From Euglena gracilis (taxonomy: Eukaryota), in the NCBI GenBank assembly GCA_039621445.1, contig CP154954.1:45549847-45613846 (forward strand): 64,000 nucleotides of DNA, in the 5' to 3' direction. Shown piece after piece: positions 26,631-38,100 of this stretch. The number at the start of each line of letters is the position of its first letter. Within the stretch, counting starts at the first letter, position 1. The notes below the pieces were generated by a model. That model was not told the origin of the DNA, did no database searches, and saw only the letters and a list, made by a program, of their open reading frames with translations. Made by a program: the position numbers and the translations under genes.

Positions 26631-29600
26631 TAGACCAACGGCTGTTGTAGTGATGCAGCAGCTGGAGGGGGTCCAGGGGCTGGCTGTGGTAGCAGTGGAG
26701 TGGTACAGTAACGTAGAAAAGAGAACCTCGGGGGGGGGGTGAGGCTCCGACTCTAGGCAGGACTATTGGGACTCTCAGGACTGTAACGGGGGCTGATCTT
26801 AGGATTGTTTTTTTTCGGAAAAATACAAAAAATATTTTTCTTTCGGAAAAATTTCGGAAAAATTTCGGAAAAATTTCGGAAAAATATTTTATGTACGGGA
26901 AGTGTGACGTCATGGTTGAGCGCACCCGGGAACTGCCTCCGAGGCCCTGCCGGTGCCCTCTTTTTGCCCCGTGGGGCGCGGCGAGGAGTTAGTTCCGCCA
27001 AAGAGTTGCTCCATCTTCGTCCTTGGGCACAAATTGTTCCCGTTTGGCATGCTTTCTATGGCGTCCCATGAAAAAAAATTGTGAGAATGGAGAGGACAAA
27101 AAAAAACTTCTTCCTCATTGACATCGTTGTCCGGTTGAAAGAAATATAAATTTTCATATTTTTCCACGTGGAAAAATAAAAAATATTTTTCCTTGAAAAA
27201 TTTCGGAAATTTTTCCATTTTATTTTTCGGAAAAATTTCAGGTACAATCCTAGCTGATCTGTAGTGAACTACGTGGGGAGTGTGGACTGTAGGGAAGACT
27301 GGGACCATAATCAAGGGAATCAATAGAGTCATGCCATGGACTCGATGGGGGGGGTTATAATTTCTTGCTTCAGACCACAATGAATGCAGTGCATAGTGAT
27401 ACTATCTGAGAAAAATGATTACAAAGATTGATTAATTAAGGAAACAAACAAATTACTCAAACAGACAGACGAGTGGTGTGTATGTGACACGTATGCTACC
27501 CATGCACTTCGCTAAGTTACTGTTTCCTACCTTCCTACCAGAGTCTCATCGGCCACCAGACGATTGATGCCTTCCTTTTTTTTTTTTTTACACCAAAGCC
27601 AACAAGGATCCACTCCAGGAATCCGATTGGCATTCTCCCAGAATTCCCTTTTGATCGCCCTGTTATCTGATGGACCTTTTCAAATCGTTCTCAATTTACA
27701 ATTGAATATCACAAATTACAGTCTCATCAAACCGAAATGCACTGAAATTACACTAAACTCACACAGATAATTCCCAAATCTCACCGCTCCTCTTCCCTCT
27801 GTCAAACTCTCCAAACAGACAAAGGGGGGGGCTTAAAAAATCTCGTTAGGAAAAGACTACCTCGGGACGTTCTCATACCTTACCTTTTTAGGTTAGGAAT
27901 GAGAAAAAATATCTGGATGGGTGGTTTCAAAAATTGCCATAAGAGATTTGTGAGAAGAATGGCCAATTTCGGATTTTTTTTCCATAAAATTGCCTTCGTT
28001 CGGCATAAATTTTCTTTGATACGCCACTTTCCTTTTAAGTTTGACATTGAGGTGACATAGAGGGGGTGTCTCCCCCGCGTCCCCCCCGCGTCCCACTTTG
28101 GAACCAAAATTTTGTTCTCGAGACAGCCAAATTTAGGAGGCTGCTTCCTAATTTCAGGCAAATATGAGGTTGGTGATTCCTAATTTGGTGTGGGTGATTC
28201 CTAACTTGCGGTGGGTGATTCCTAATTTGGGGTGGGTTTGTCCTAATTTGTTGTGGTAGAATCCAAATTTGGCCAAAAATTTCTCGCAACAAATTCCTAA
28301 TTTCACCGTCCCAAAAATGGCGTCTCCCCCGCGTCCCCCCCCCCCCGCGTCCCCCCCCGTCCCAGACACCCCAGAGGGAAAAAAAGTGTTTTTGAGCAAA
28401 AAAGTTTTTTCAAAAATTTGGGTCCCGACCTCCTCCCGACCGTCCCCGACCCCTCGCCTAGCCCCCTTGGACCCCCGCAGGGTTCCCCGAATATCCAAAA
28501 TTGGCCCAAAATCACACAACCAGGCCCCGGGAACCCGAAAAAACGGTCACCCCCCCCCCTAAACCTCGGAGATCAGGCGGTGACTTTGGGTTTTTCGGGC
28601 GGGACCCCCCCACCCCCCCCCTCTTCATTGGAAATACATGGCGGTGAACTTCACCGGTGAACTTCACCGGTGAAGTTTCTCCATTGAAATTCCTTTAGGG
28701 GCGAAGCCCCCAACCCCCCCCCCCACCCCTGCCTAACCTCCCTCATGATTGACCCCCCCAGTTTGGATCCCAACCAGTGTGGGTCTCGTCTTTTATAGGT
28801 AGTTTAAAAACATCATTTTAAATCAGTTTTAAACCGTTGTCGAAAATCAAAACGACTGGTTTTCGACAGTATGGAAAAAGTCATAGGGCATCTAGACATC
28901 TAGCTCACAAAGGAAACGGCCCGGACAGCCCCCGGTAGTCGCAACCCAGTGGACGGCATTTCTGAGCCTCCGGGAGACAGCGAACCCTTCGTCAGAAGTT
29001 TGTTGTCCGCTCATCTCAGTGAGGCAGTCACCCCCCCCCCCTAACCATCACACGCCTTTCCAATGGCATAGTCCCTGCCCCCCGCTTTTGGGTAACCAAA
29101 AAAAAAAGGAGACCACCCATAAAACTTGCCAAAAGCGTGATCCCAACCTTCACAGGGGGGGGGCAAAAACTGACCCACCAAAAATTGGCCCAAAACTGTG
29201 AGACCCGCGGGCAAAAAAATCACCCAAAACTGTGGCACCCAGTTGCCCCCCCCCCATGGCCAGAAATTGGACCAAAACTGTGAGACCCTGGTGGTCCCAC
29301 CTGTGGCCAAAAAAAGGCCCCAAACAGTGAGACCCAGGTGCCCCCACCTGTGGCCAAAAAAATGGCCCAAAGCTGTGGCACCCAGCTGACCCCAAACTGG
29401 CTACCCATTGTGCCCACCGGTGGACAACAACACCCAGCCCCCCCCCCCTCGTGGCCCAAAACTGCCCCACCCGTAGACCCAAAAAGGCCCCCAAAAACAG
29501 ACCAGATGGCAGATCCAAAATTGAGACAAAACCCAGATTGCAGATCCAACACGTCACATCCTTTAACAACAAAAAATTCCTAAAACGTTGCACAAAATAA

Positions 29601-30600
29601 TTGCAGTGCACGGAGAGGCAGAAAAGGAACAAGTGACAGTACACAGCTTAAACCATGGGCAGGATCAGGTCCACCTGGTGTCTTAAGTTCAAATCCCAAT
29701 GAATAAATCCAGTACTTAAACCCCACCAGGGGTGTCAGTTGACCCTGTAAAGGGAACAATGAGACATAGTAAGGGAGAAAGAAGCAAACCTTGAGCTAGC
29801 AACATTGTGACTGGACATCCAAATCCCAATGAACCAGCACACAACCCCATCAGGGGTGTCAATTGACTCCAGTGCACCCTACCAAGGGAACAAATGAGAA
29901 AAAGCAGGGGGAGAAAAAAGCAAACCTTGAGCTTCACCTGCAGCAACCTTGCAGCTGGACTTCTCCAATTTCAGCACACCAGTCCAAATGCATCCAAATG
30001 CAGTAACCATTTCTATCCTGGCTTCACGGCCCCCTTCTCGTCGGACTGGCGAATATAATAAACCCAAACTCCGCCAGTCGGCGGCCGCCTTTCATAGCTG
30101 GAGACGGTGGAAGTCGGATTAGCGTCGAATCGGGTGCCTTTTTTTTCGTGATGTTTCTGACCAATTCCGGGCATTTTTTTTCCCGGCATTGAAAGCCGGA
30201 CTAAAAAAAAAAAGTCGGATTAGCGTCAAATCGCGTGTCTTTTCGTGAGGTTTTTTTCCAGCGAAAAAGACGGAGACAGACGTTCAGACGGTGTCGAATT
30301 GTCGGAATGGTCTTTTATTCGAGTGGACCTTGCCAAATTCATTGATTGGAGGTTGGGCCGACCTGGTCGGCCCGACCTCCAATGGTCGTAACGGCCAGGT
30401 GGGCCGACCATGGTCGGCCCGACCTCCAGGATCTTCATAGCCAATCATCCGCCCAGGGCCCACTTTTGTTTCATATCTCTGTTGAAGAAAAATTGCAACA
30501 CCCGGCAATGAATGCCGGGCCCTGGGGAGGGTTTAGGAGCAGGTTTGTGGCCTGGGGGCTGGGGGGTTGGCTGGGGACTGTTGGCCGCCAATGACACTGG

Positions 30601-30912
30601 GGTACTTATCTGTTATCGCACGACATACCCCCCCCCTTTCGGTTATCGCACGACGCCTTATTTTTAGGTTTTATAGGGTTATTTGAAGGAGTAGGGTTAG
30701 GTGCGCACATGCAATGTTGCGCTACATGGCCACGTTGCGCTACATGGCCATGTTGCGCTACATGGCCATGTTGCGCTACATGGCCATGTAGCGCAACGTA
30801 GCATGTGCGCACCTAACCCTATTCCTTTAAATAACCCTAAATAACCCCAAAAAAGGGTGTCGTGCGATAACCGAAAGGGGGGGGGTATGTCGTGCGATAA
30901 CAGATAAGTACC
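30601..30912. mobile_element. MITE with >50-bp perfect TIRs (ggtacttatctgttatcgcacgac...) and perfect 8-bp TSD gacactgg
   Basis: TSD at 30593-30600 and 30913-30920; core palindrome shared with 31114-31226. Confidence 0.92.
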
Positions 30913-31904
30913 GACACTGGGGTTGGGGACACGGGGGGGGGGGGGGGCCCGCTTCAGTACGTCGGACAGTTGCACCCTAAAATTTTGGCTTTAGGTTGGT
31001 TCCAGAGGCCTTGTGACTTTTCAACCAATTGAGCTGGAGGAGGAATTGAATTTTTGGTACTTGTTCGCTGCACGACCGCCCGAAATTTTTCTAAGTCCTA
31101 AGTTTTAGAGTTATTGAAGGAGTAGGGTTAGGTGCGCACATGGCCATGTTGCGCAACATGGCCATGTTGCGCACATGGCCATGTTGCGCAACATGGCCAT
31201 GTGCGCACCTAACCCTACTCCTTCAAATAACGCCATAATAAACTGGCGGTCGTGCAGTGAACAAGGACCGAATTTTTTTCAACGTGGGGAGGATGGTCGT
31301 CCAGACCATCATGCCACCATCGTGCTCGCTGGCGGCTGGTTGCATGTGTTGGTGCGACCACCCAAAAGTCCATAGCCAATTCCCGCTCATATGCAAGTGT
31401 TTCACACCACAGGTGGGGGGAGGAACCACCCCCTCAACCTATTTAAAGTTCAATGGGCGGAGGTGCTTGGAGTTTTTTCCTGCATTTTTTGTTGCTTATC
31501 TCCCCTGTGGTTGGGGGGTCTGAAGCAATTTAGGTGGGCTTGTGCTGTCCAGCAGCCCAATTGGACGAGGCGGTTCGGACCAAAAACAATGTCCGCTTCT
31601 TTTTAAGGAAGGTCTCCCCCCCCCCCCGACCCACAAACTTTTTCTTAAAATATTTTTGGAGGGTTTGACCAAAATCCATTGATCTGAGACCATCCTTGGT
31701 CGAGTGGCCAGAGTGACTGACCCTGAGTTGGAAGTGGGCGACTGGGTTTCAAAAAGTGACCACCCGTACTTTGAGGTGCAAAGGACAATGGGGGGGGTGA
31801 TGTATGTCATGGGGGGGTGATGTATGTCACACCTGACGATTGGGATCATACCACAGCAAACAAAATGGGGGCTGCCAACTGTTTTTTTTTTTGAGGTGAA
31901 TTGC

Positions 31905-31920
31905 ACCCTTTCTCAATCAG
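31905..31920 (+). promoter_or_regulatory. Pyrimidine-rich AG acceptor 16 nt upstream of the beta-COP ATG (likely spliced-leader trans-splice site or 5' UTR intron acceptor)
   Basis: ccctttctcaatcAG|cactcaacaacaacaaATG; SL trans-splicing is general in Euglenozoa. Confidence 0.55.
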
Positions 31921-31936
31921 CACTCAACAACAACAA

Positions 31937-32137
31937 ATGTCACAAACTCAAGAGACGCAGTGCACACAGCTCATCCATTATGATGGTGTCCACATTGGCC
32001 AAAAGGAATTGAAGGAGGCTCTGGAAAAGGGCAACACGGATTCCCAAGTTGAGCACATGAAGCAGATGATCATGCTCCATCTCAATGGTGAACCTCAAAG
32101 TGCCATGCTGATGACTTTCATCCGATTTGTGCTACCC
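31937..32137 (+). CDS. COPB1: beta-COP exon 1 ([15 protein letters not shown]...IRFVLP)
   Basis: Matches beta-COP N-terminus; 3' boundary set by nonconventional intron geometry and could slide a few nt. Confidence 0.92.
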
Positions 32138-35100
32138 AGCCAGGCTCGTGTTTGAAGGGTCAAGGTTGCAAGTGGTGAAAAAGCAATGGCCACCACATCG
32201 GAAAGAACAGGTCACTAGTTGAGGAAGTAGGAAGTTTCCTCCCTAACCCTGAGGTCATCACTCTGCGTAAGGTCCATCCTTCGTCAAATCAAGCCTGGTG
32301 TTAAGCAAGATCACAAATTGAAGAAGTTGACTCTTTATTTTCTGGAGATCATCGACAAAACCGACTCCTCCGGCAAGTTGCTGCCAGAGATGATATTGGT
32401 CTGCAATTTCATCCGAAATGACCTTCAGCACGCCAATGAATATGTTCGAGGCTGCACCCTCCGATTTGTGAGCAAAATCCGTGAACAGGAATTGGTGGAG
32501 CCCCTGACAGATTCAATCATGGCAAACTTGGACCACAGGTGTGTATCCCCTTTCATGATGACACTATCGCAGGGGGAACACTTGAATGGAAAAAATTGTG
32601 GGTAATATTCTGAACAAAATTTTGTCCAGGATTTTTTCTGCCGTTTTAAGGATCCGCCCAGAATTTTTCCGGCCAACTGAAGGAGAATGGTGAACTCCAA
32701 TTTTTTTCTTCGGCGCTTTGTGTTGATTCTTGGAATGCATTTTTGTTCCAAACCCCCTAGATGGTGTATTGGAGGCTAGGCACAGAGGGGGAGGGGAGTC
32801 CGAGGGCGACCGTGCGCACCACGCGGAGCCTAAAAGCGGTGATTTTGGGTCCAAAAAGTGGTAATTTCTGGCCATTTTTGGACCATTTTCGATCAAAAAA
32901 TGCTTTTAGGGCCGTGCGCAGAGCGCGCGGCACCCAAATTTGCCATTTTATATCCGAAAATGGTCATTTTTGGCCATTTTTGGATTGTTCAATCAGAAGA
33001 ATGGTCAGAAAAATCAGAATCGGACCATTTGGCACTGTCTGATGATGTCGAATCCCTCTAATCATCTGACACACACAAATGTCCTGGAGTTTGCCTATCC
33101 TTCATCATGAAAATTTGCCAAAAAGTTTCAAAAAATTTCTACACACAAATTGTGGCTGAGCCCAGATTTCAGCCTGAAGACGTGTTCAGGAGGGGGCCCC
33201 CGAAGGGGCCCCCTGAACACGTTTTCAGGGCAAAATTCATTGTCCTAGATGGTTGAAACAGTCATACGAGCACCTTAGGGACATTTTTGGGCACTTTTGG
33301 TGACATTTTTTTGGAATGAAAACCGGACGCCGGGTTTTGGACAAAACCGGCGTTCCTAACGCCGGGTTTTAGGACAGAACTGGCGTCCGGAAAACCCGTG
33401 GGGGGGACGCCGGTTCTGTCCTGAACCCGGCGTCTCAAACGCCGGTTTAATGGAAAACGTGTCATTGCCACAAATGCCCTCATGGAAAACGTGCCTGAAC
33501 ACAGATGCCTTAATGGAAAACGTGTTCATGACCACGAATTTCAGGGCAGGCATTTGGCGGGCTGAACACGTTTTTAAAAAATTTCCGGCGCCGGGCCAGC
33601 CACTTTTTCATTTTCGGGCCTACCCCACCCCCCAGGGAAGGGCGGCCTTGGCCAGAAAACCAGTCAGTCACTCTGAAAAACCAGTCAGTCACCCCCCGGG
33701 GGGATGGGGTGGGACAGGTGTTAAGCAATGGTATGGACCCCGTTTGGCAGGTGTCTCAACCCCCCCAGGAAGTTCAAAAAAGCAGTTGAACTGTATGGAA
33801 GAGGAATACCCTTCAGACAGTTTCCTGCAGTCGATTCCCAAGACACTGATCTGATGCTGCTCAGATTGGGAATTTTTTGCCAAAATTTTGGACATTTTAG
33901 ATTTCCACTTTTCCTGTGGGGTTCTGGAAGCGTTTTGAACTGGACAAAGGCTTAATTTTGGGGTCATATGATCACAACTCGCTGAAATTAGGATGTCCTG
34001 TTTCATTTTTTTTGAACATACGGGGTTATTTGGCAACTGTTAAAAACGTGTTCAGCCCGCCAAATGCCTGCCCTGAAATTTGTGGTCATGAACACGTTTT
34101 CAATGAGGGCATTTGTGGCAAGGACACGTTTTCAGTGAAGGCATCTGTGTTCAGGCACGTTTTCAGTGAGGGCATTTGTGGCAAGGACACGTTTTCAGTG
34201 AAGGCATCTGTGTTCAGGCACGTTTTCAGTGAGGGCGCCGTTTTTGGGGTCCGAATTTCACAAATTCGCGTTTTTGACCCCTTGCGTGAATCATGACCAC
34301 GAATTTCAGGGCAGGCATTTGGCGGGCTCTGAACACGTTTTTAAACAAATTGTGGCTGAGCCCAGATTTCAGCCTGAAAACGTGTTCAGGGAGCCCCCTT
34401 CGGGGGCCCCCTGGCTGAACACGTTTTATATAGAAATAGATGGATACGATCCCGATTGTCTGGATGTTCGCTTATATATCAAGGACTGTGTCCCAGGCAC
34501 CGGCAGAAATCTAAGGCCATCTGCTGAAAGCCCTTGAGAAGAGCTTTCGATCGATGGGCAACATGGCAGCTGAAAGGTGGAATTTCAAATTTTCAAACAG
34601 GGTCGGAAAATGTGATCGCTGATTTTCAGAGAGCTGTGCAATGTGGCTGAGTTCTGTGGGTTCCAAGCGAAAGGTCTTGGTGAGAGCTTTCGTTTGATAT
34701 GGAATATGTAAACCCTCCCCCCAAATAATACCCCCCCCCCTCGGGTCCGACTTCGGCCGCCGAAATAATACAGGGGGGAGAAATTGCACATCGGGAGGTC
34801 AAAAATTGCACAAAATTGCACAAAATTGCACAAAATTGCACAAAATTGCACATACCAGAAAAGCCATACCAGAAACCAGAAAAGCTGCATATTTTGCCAA
34901 TTTACCCTGGTCGGTTCGCCCAAAAAGTTGCAACACAAGCAGCCGTGGCAATATGCCATGGCAACACTTGCGCCATTCATCCTGAACTTGTTCATCATCC
35001 AGCGGAAGACACAACAATTCATACTTAGAAATTACCAAGGCACAAAATACAAGCCTATTTGTAGAATGCCTATTGCTCCTTTGCCAATTGGCCGATTGGG

Positions 35101-38100
35101 TTTGAAAACTGAGTAAACCAACAATAAACAGCCTTTGAACGGAAATTTTCACTACGCACATCAGTGTCCCAGCAAAAACTACCCCTGCTACCCATATATT
35201 GCAAAAACTGGCTCCAACACTAATCCATTGTGGGGGGGGTGGGGGGGGCGTGGGGGGGTTAATGTCCAACACCTCCAGAAAAAAAAACGGTAACTTCTCA
35301 ATTGCATCAAAAACTGACATTTTCCAAAACAAAATGTCCTGGGCCATGTGCAATTAATTGCATGTGCAATTAATTGCACAAGATTGCAAAAAATTGCACA
35401 TTTCGGGAAAATCGAAAATTGCTCAAAATTGCAAAAATTGCACGGTGCAATTTCCCCCCCCCCTGAATAATACCCCCCCCCCGGTTTCGGGCCGAAGTCC
35501 CGGATTTTTGACCTGAAAATGCAGGTAAAATCACAATATCTTGCAAAAAATTACGAAAAAATCGATTTTTCTGGATCATCTGGTCTCCAAAAAAAACTAA
35601 ATTTCATGAGAAAGTGCAAAAAATGACCCCAAAGGATTTTTTTGGCGCTATTTTTGCTCCTACGGAACTTCGAAAAATTTCGAAAATTTTTGGGAAATAA
35701 TACCCCCCCCTTGGGCCGGGACTTCGGGGGAAAAAATAATACCACGGGGGGTATTATTTGGGGGGGGGTTACCCTGAACTGTGGGATTTGACAAATTAAT
35801 ATGTCAAATTCGGGAATACACGATCGCTGAAAATAAGAGCTATGTGCATTATGGCCGAATTCTGTGGACATTTGTCGAAAGCCCTTGAGAAGAGCTTTCA
35901 ATTTATGAACAACATGGCTTCAGAAGTGTGGAATCTCCCAATTTCGACCGGTGGCCCAAAGTTGCCCAAAACTGCCCCGAACATGGGGATTTGGGGCGAA
36001 ATTGGCCGTGATTCCTCAGCCGCCGGTTCGGGCGTGAAGCCGGAGCGCCCTAGAAACCTTTCAAAAAACTGTGTCCCAGAGCCGGTTCAGGCGTGAAGCC
36101 ACGCTGCATGGTATTCTATTTTAGAAATCCCCAATATTAGCCAAAGGGAAATTATTGCGCAAAACCCCCCAATTTCTAGTCTAAGACCCCCCAAAAACTG
36201 CTCGAATATGATTACCACATGTCTACAAATCCTTTTGGACACTTTTTGGCACTTTTTATTTTGGATCCCCCAGACGCCGGCTTCTTGCCCGAACTGGCGT
36301 CGGGTTCGGGCGTGAAGCCGGAGCCCCCAGACACGGTTTCAAACAAAAAATTGGCAGGGTGCATCACCCATTTTTTCATTCGCTTGAAGAATATGGCACC
36401 CCCACACAGTGGGGCGAGTTTGCTGGTGGGGGCACCAATGTTTGCAATACCTCCCAAAACAGTGCATTTATCTTGGCAACTGGCAATTTCTCCCAAAAAT
36501 TTTCATGCTCTGGAGAACTCTCTGAGCACATCCCCAAGGGTCTTGTGGATCCCCTGCTGGAGGTGGGGTTTGGCCATTTTTGGCCATATTTTTCTTTGCA
36601 AAACACCGAAAATTTTTTCTGCCGCAAAATTGCGTGTGTCCGTGGCCCCAAAAGTGGGTCCCCAGATCCCCCCTCCCCCGGAGTCATAGGGGGGGGGAAC
36701 CCTCTTAGCATCGTTTCCCCCCCACCCCGGAGTCTCAGATGCATTTCACCAGCGTGTTGTTTTTTTCTGCCATCCTGCTCAGGCACTCTTATGTGCGGCG
36801 CAACGCAGTGCTGTATGCAAGGAGTTCCTTGTGTTCATTGTTCATTTGCTTTTGACCCAAACGCCACAAAAATTCCCGGGGCATTGATGATGTAATGACC
36901 TCAGTGACATGTGTGGGTTTCAAAATCAAAATGATTCACCTACTTTTGAAATGAAACAAAAGTCAAAGCAAGAAACAAATTCATCCATTTCCCCTTCACG
37001 GCAAAGTTGAATGCCACTTCACCAACCACCCATTTGTGTCATCCCCCCCCCACTGTCATTTTGGTTCAACCATTTCTGTTTCCTCGAAATGTTACCCCTC
37101 CTTTTCTCCCTGGATGGTTTTCTGGCGTTACTTCATGCTGTTGGTACGTTTATATTATGTTGTCTCTGTTTTGGGTTCAGTCAAGGGGCCCGGCCATCCT
37201 CTCCCTCCTCTGGAACTTATTGATTTTGTTTGATGGCTGTGTATCAGCGCTTTCCTCATTTGTTCCCGGATGCTCCAGAGCCAGGCCTTAACTTCAGGAT
37301 TTGCAGTCCCCCCCCCCCCCAGGGCTGTGTGGGAATTCCCGATGGTGGGGGTAGACCCCAACCCCCATCCTGGGTTGATGGGGAGGGTCCGGTCCGACAA
37401 CCGGAGGGGGGGGAGAATATGTGGAGCGCATATTTTGTGCCAGATTTTGTGCATTTTTACATATTTAGCGCATATTTCACTTATTTGGCAAAAAAGTGCA
37501 TATTGAACTTCTTTTAACCATTTTAGGCCATTTGTTTTCATTTTGGGGCATTTTTGGCCAATTTTTTTTGCCAGTTTTGGTCCATTTTGGGCCATTCTGA
37601 GCCACTGTGGCATTTGGTCATTTGGGCTATTTTCCATCGCAAAATCATCCCAATGCTGAAAACGACCGCAAAAATGGCCAAAAGGCAGTCAAAACGATCC
37701 AAAATGGCCCGAAATGATTGTGATGGTTCCAATAAAAATAAGCTGTGGAAAATATGCGGAAAATATGCGAGAATGGGCAAAATGTGTAGTAGGAAATTCC
37801 TGCAGCCCACCAAAATACGAGCTAAATATGCAAAAATATGCGAAATATTGTGGCCGGTTGTGAGCTAATATCACCCCAAAATGCCCAAAATGGCTTGAAA
37901 TGAATTGCCAGTTGGGTCACCTGAACATGTCCAAACGTGGCCCGATTTTGGAAAAATCACATATTTTCCGCATATTTTCCTGCATATTTAGCGCACATTC
38001 CCGCATGTTCTTTTGTATATTTTGGGGGGAGGTGGGGGTGGGTGGGTGCTATAGGGTGCCTGCCCCTAGCAGGCGCCCCCCGGGGGGGGGGGTGGGGGGA

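Noticed and set aside
29940-30110. Possible first exons of a divergent minus-strand gene (cag|ctATG at ~30094)
   Set aside because: Splice-like signals present but no recognisable protein or continuation
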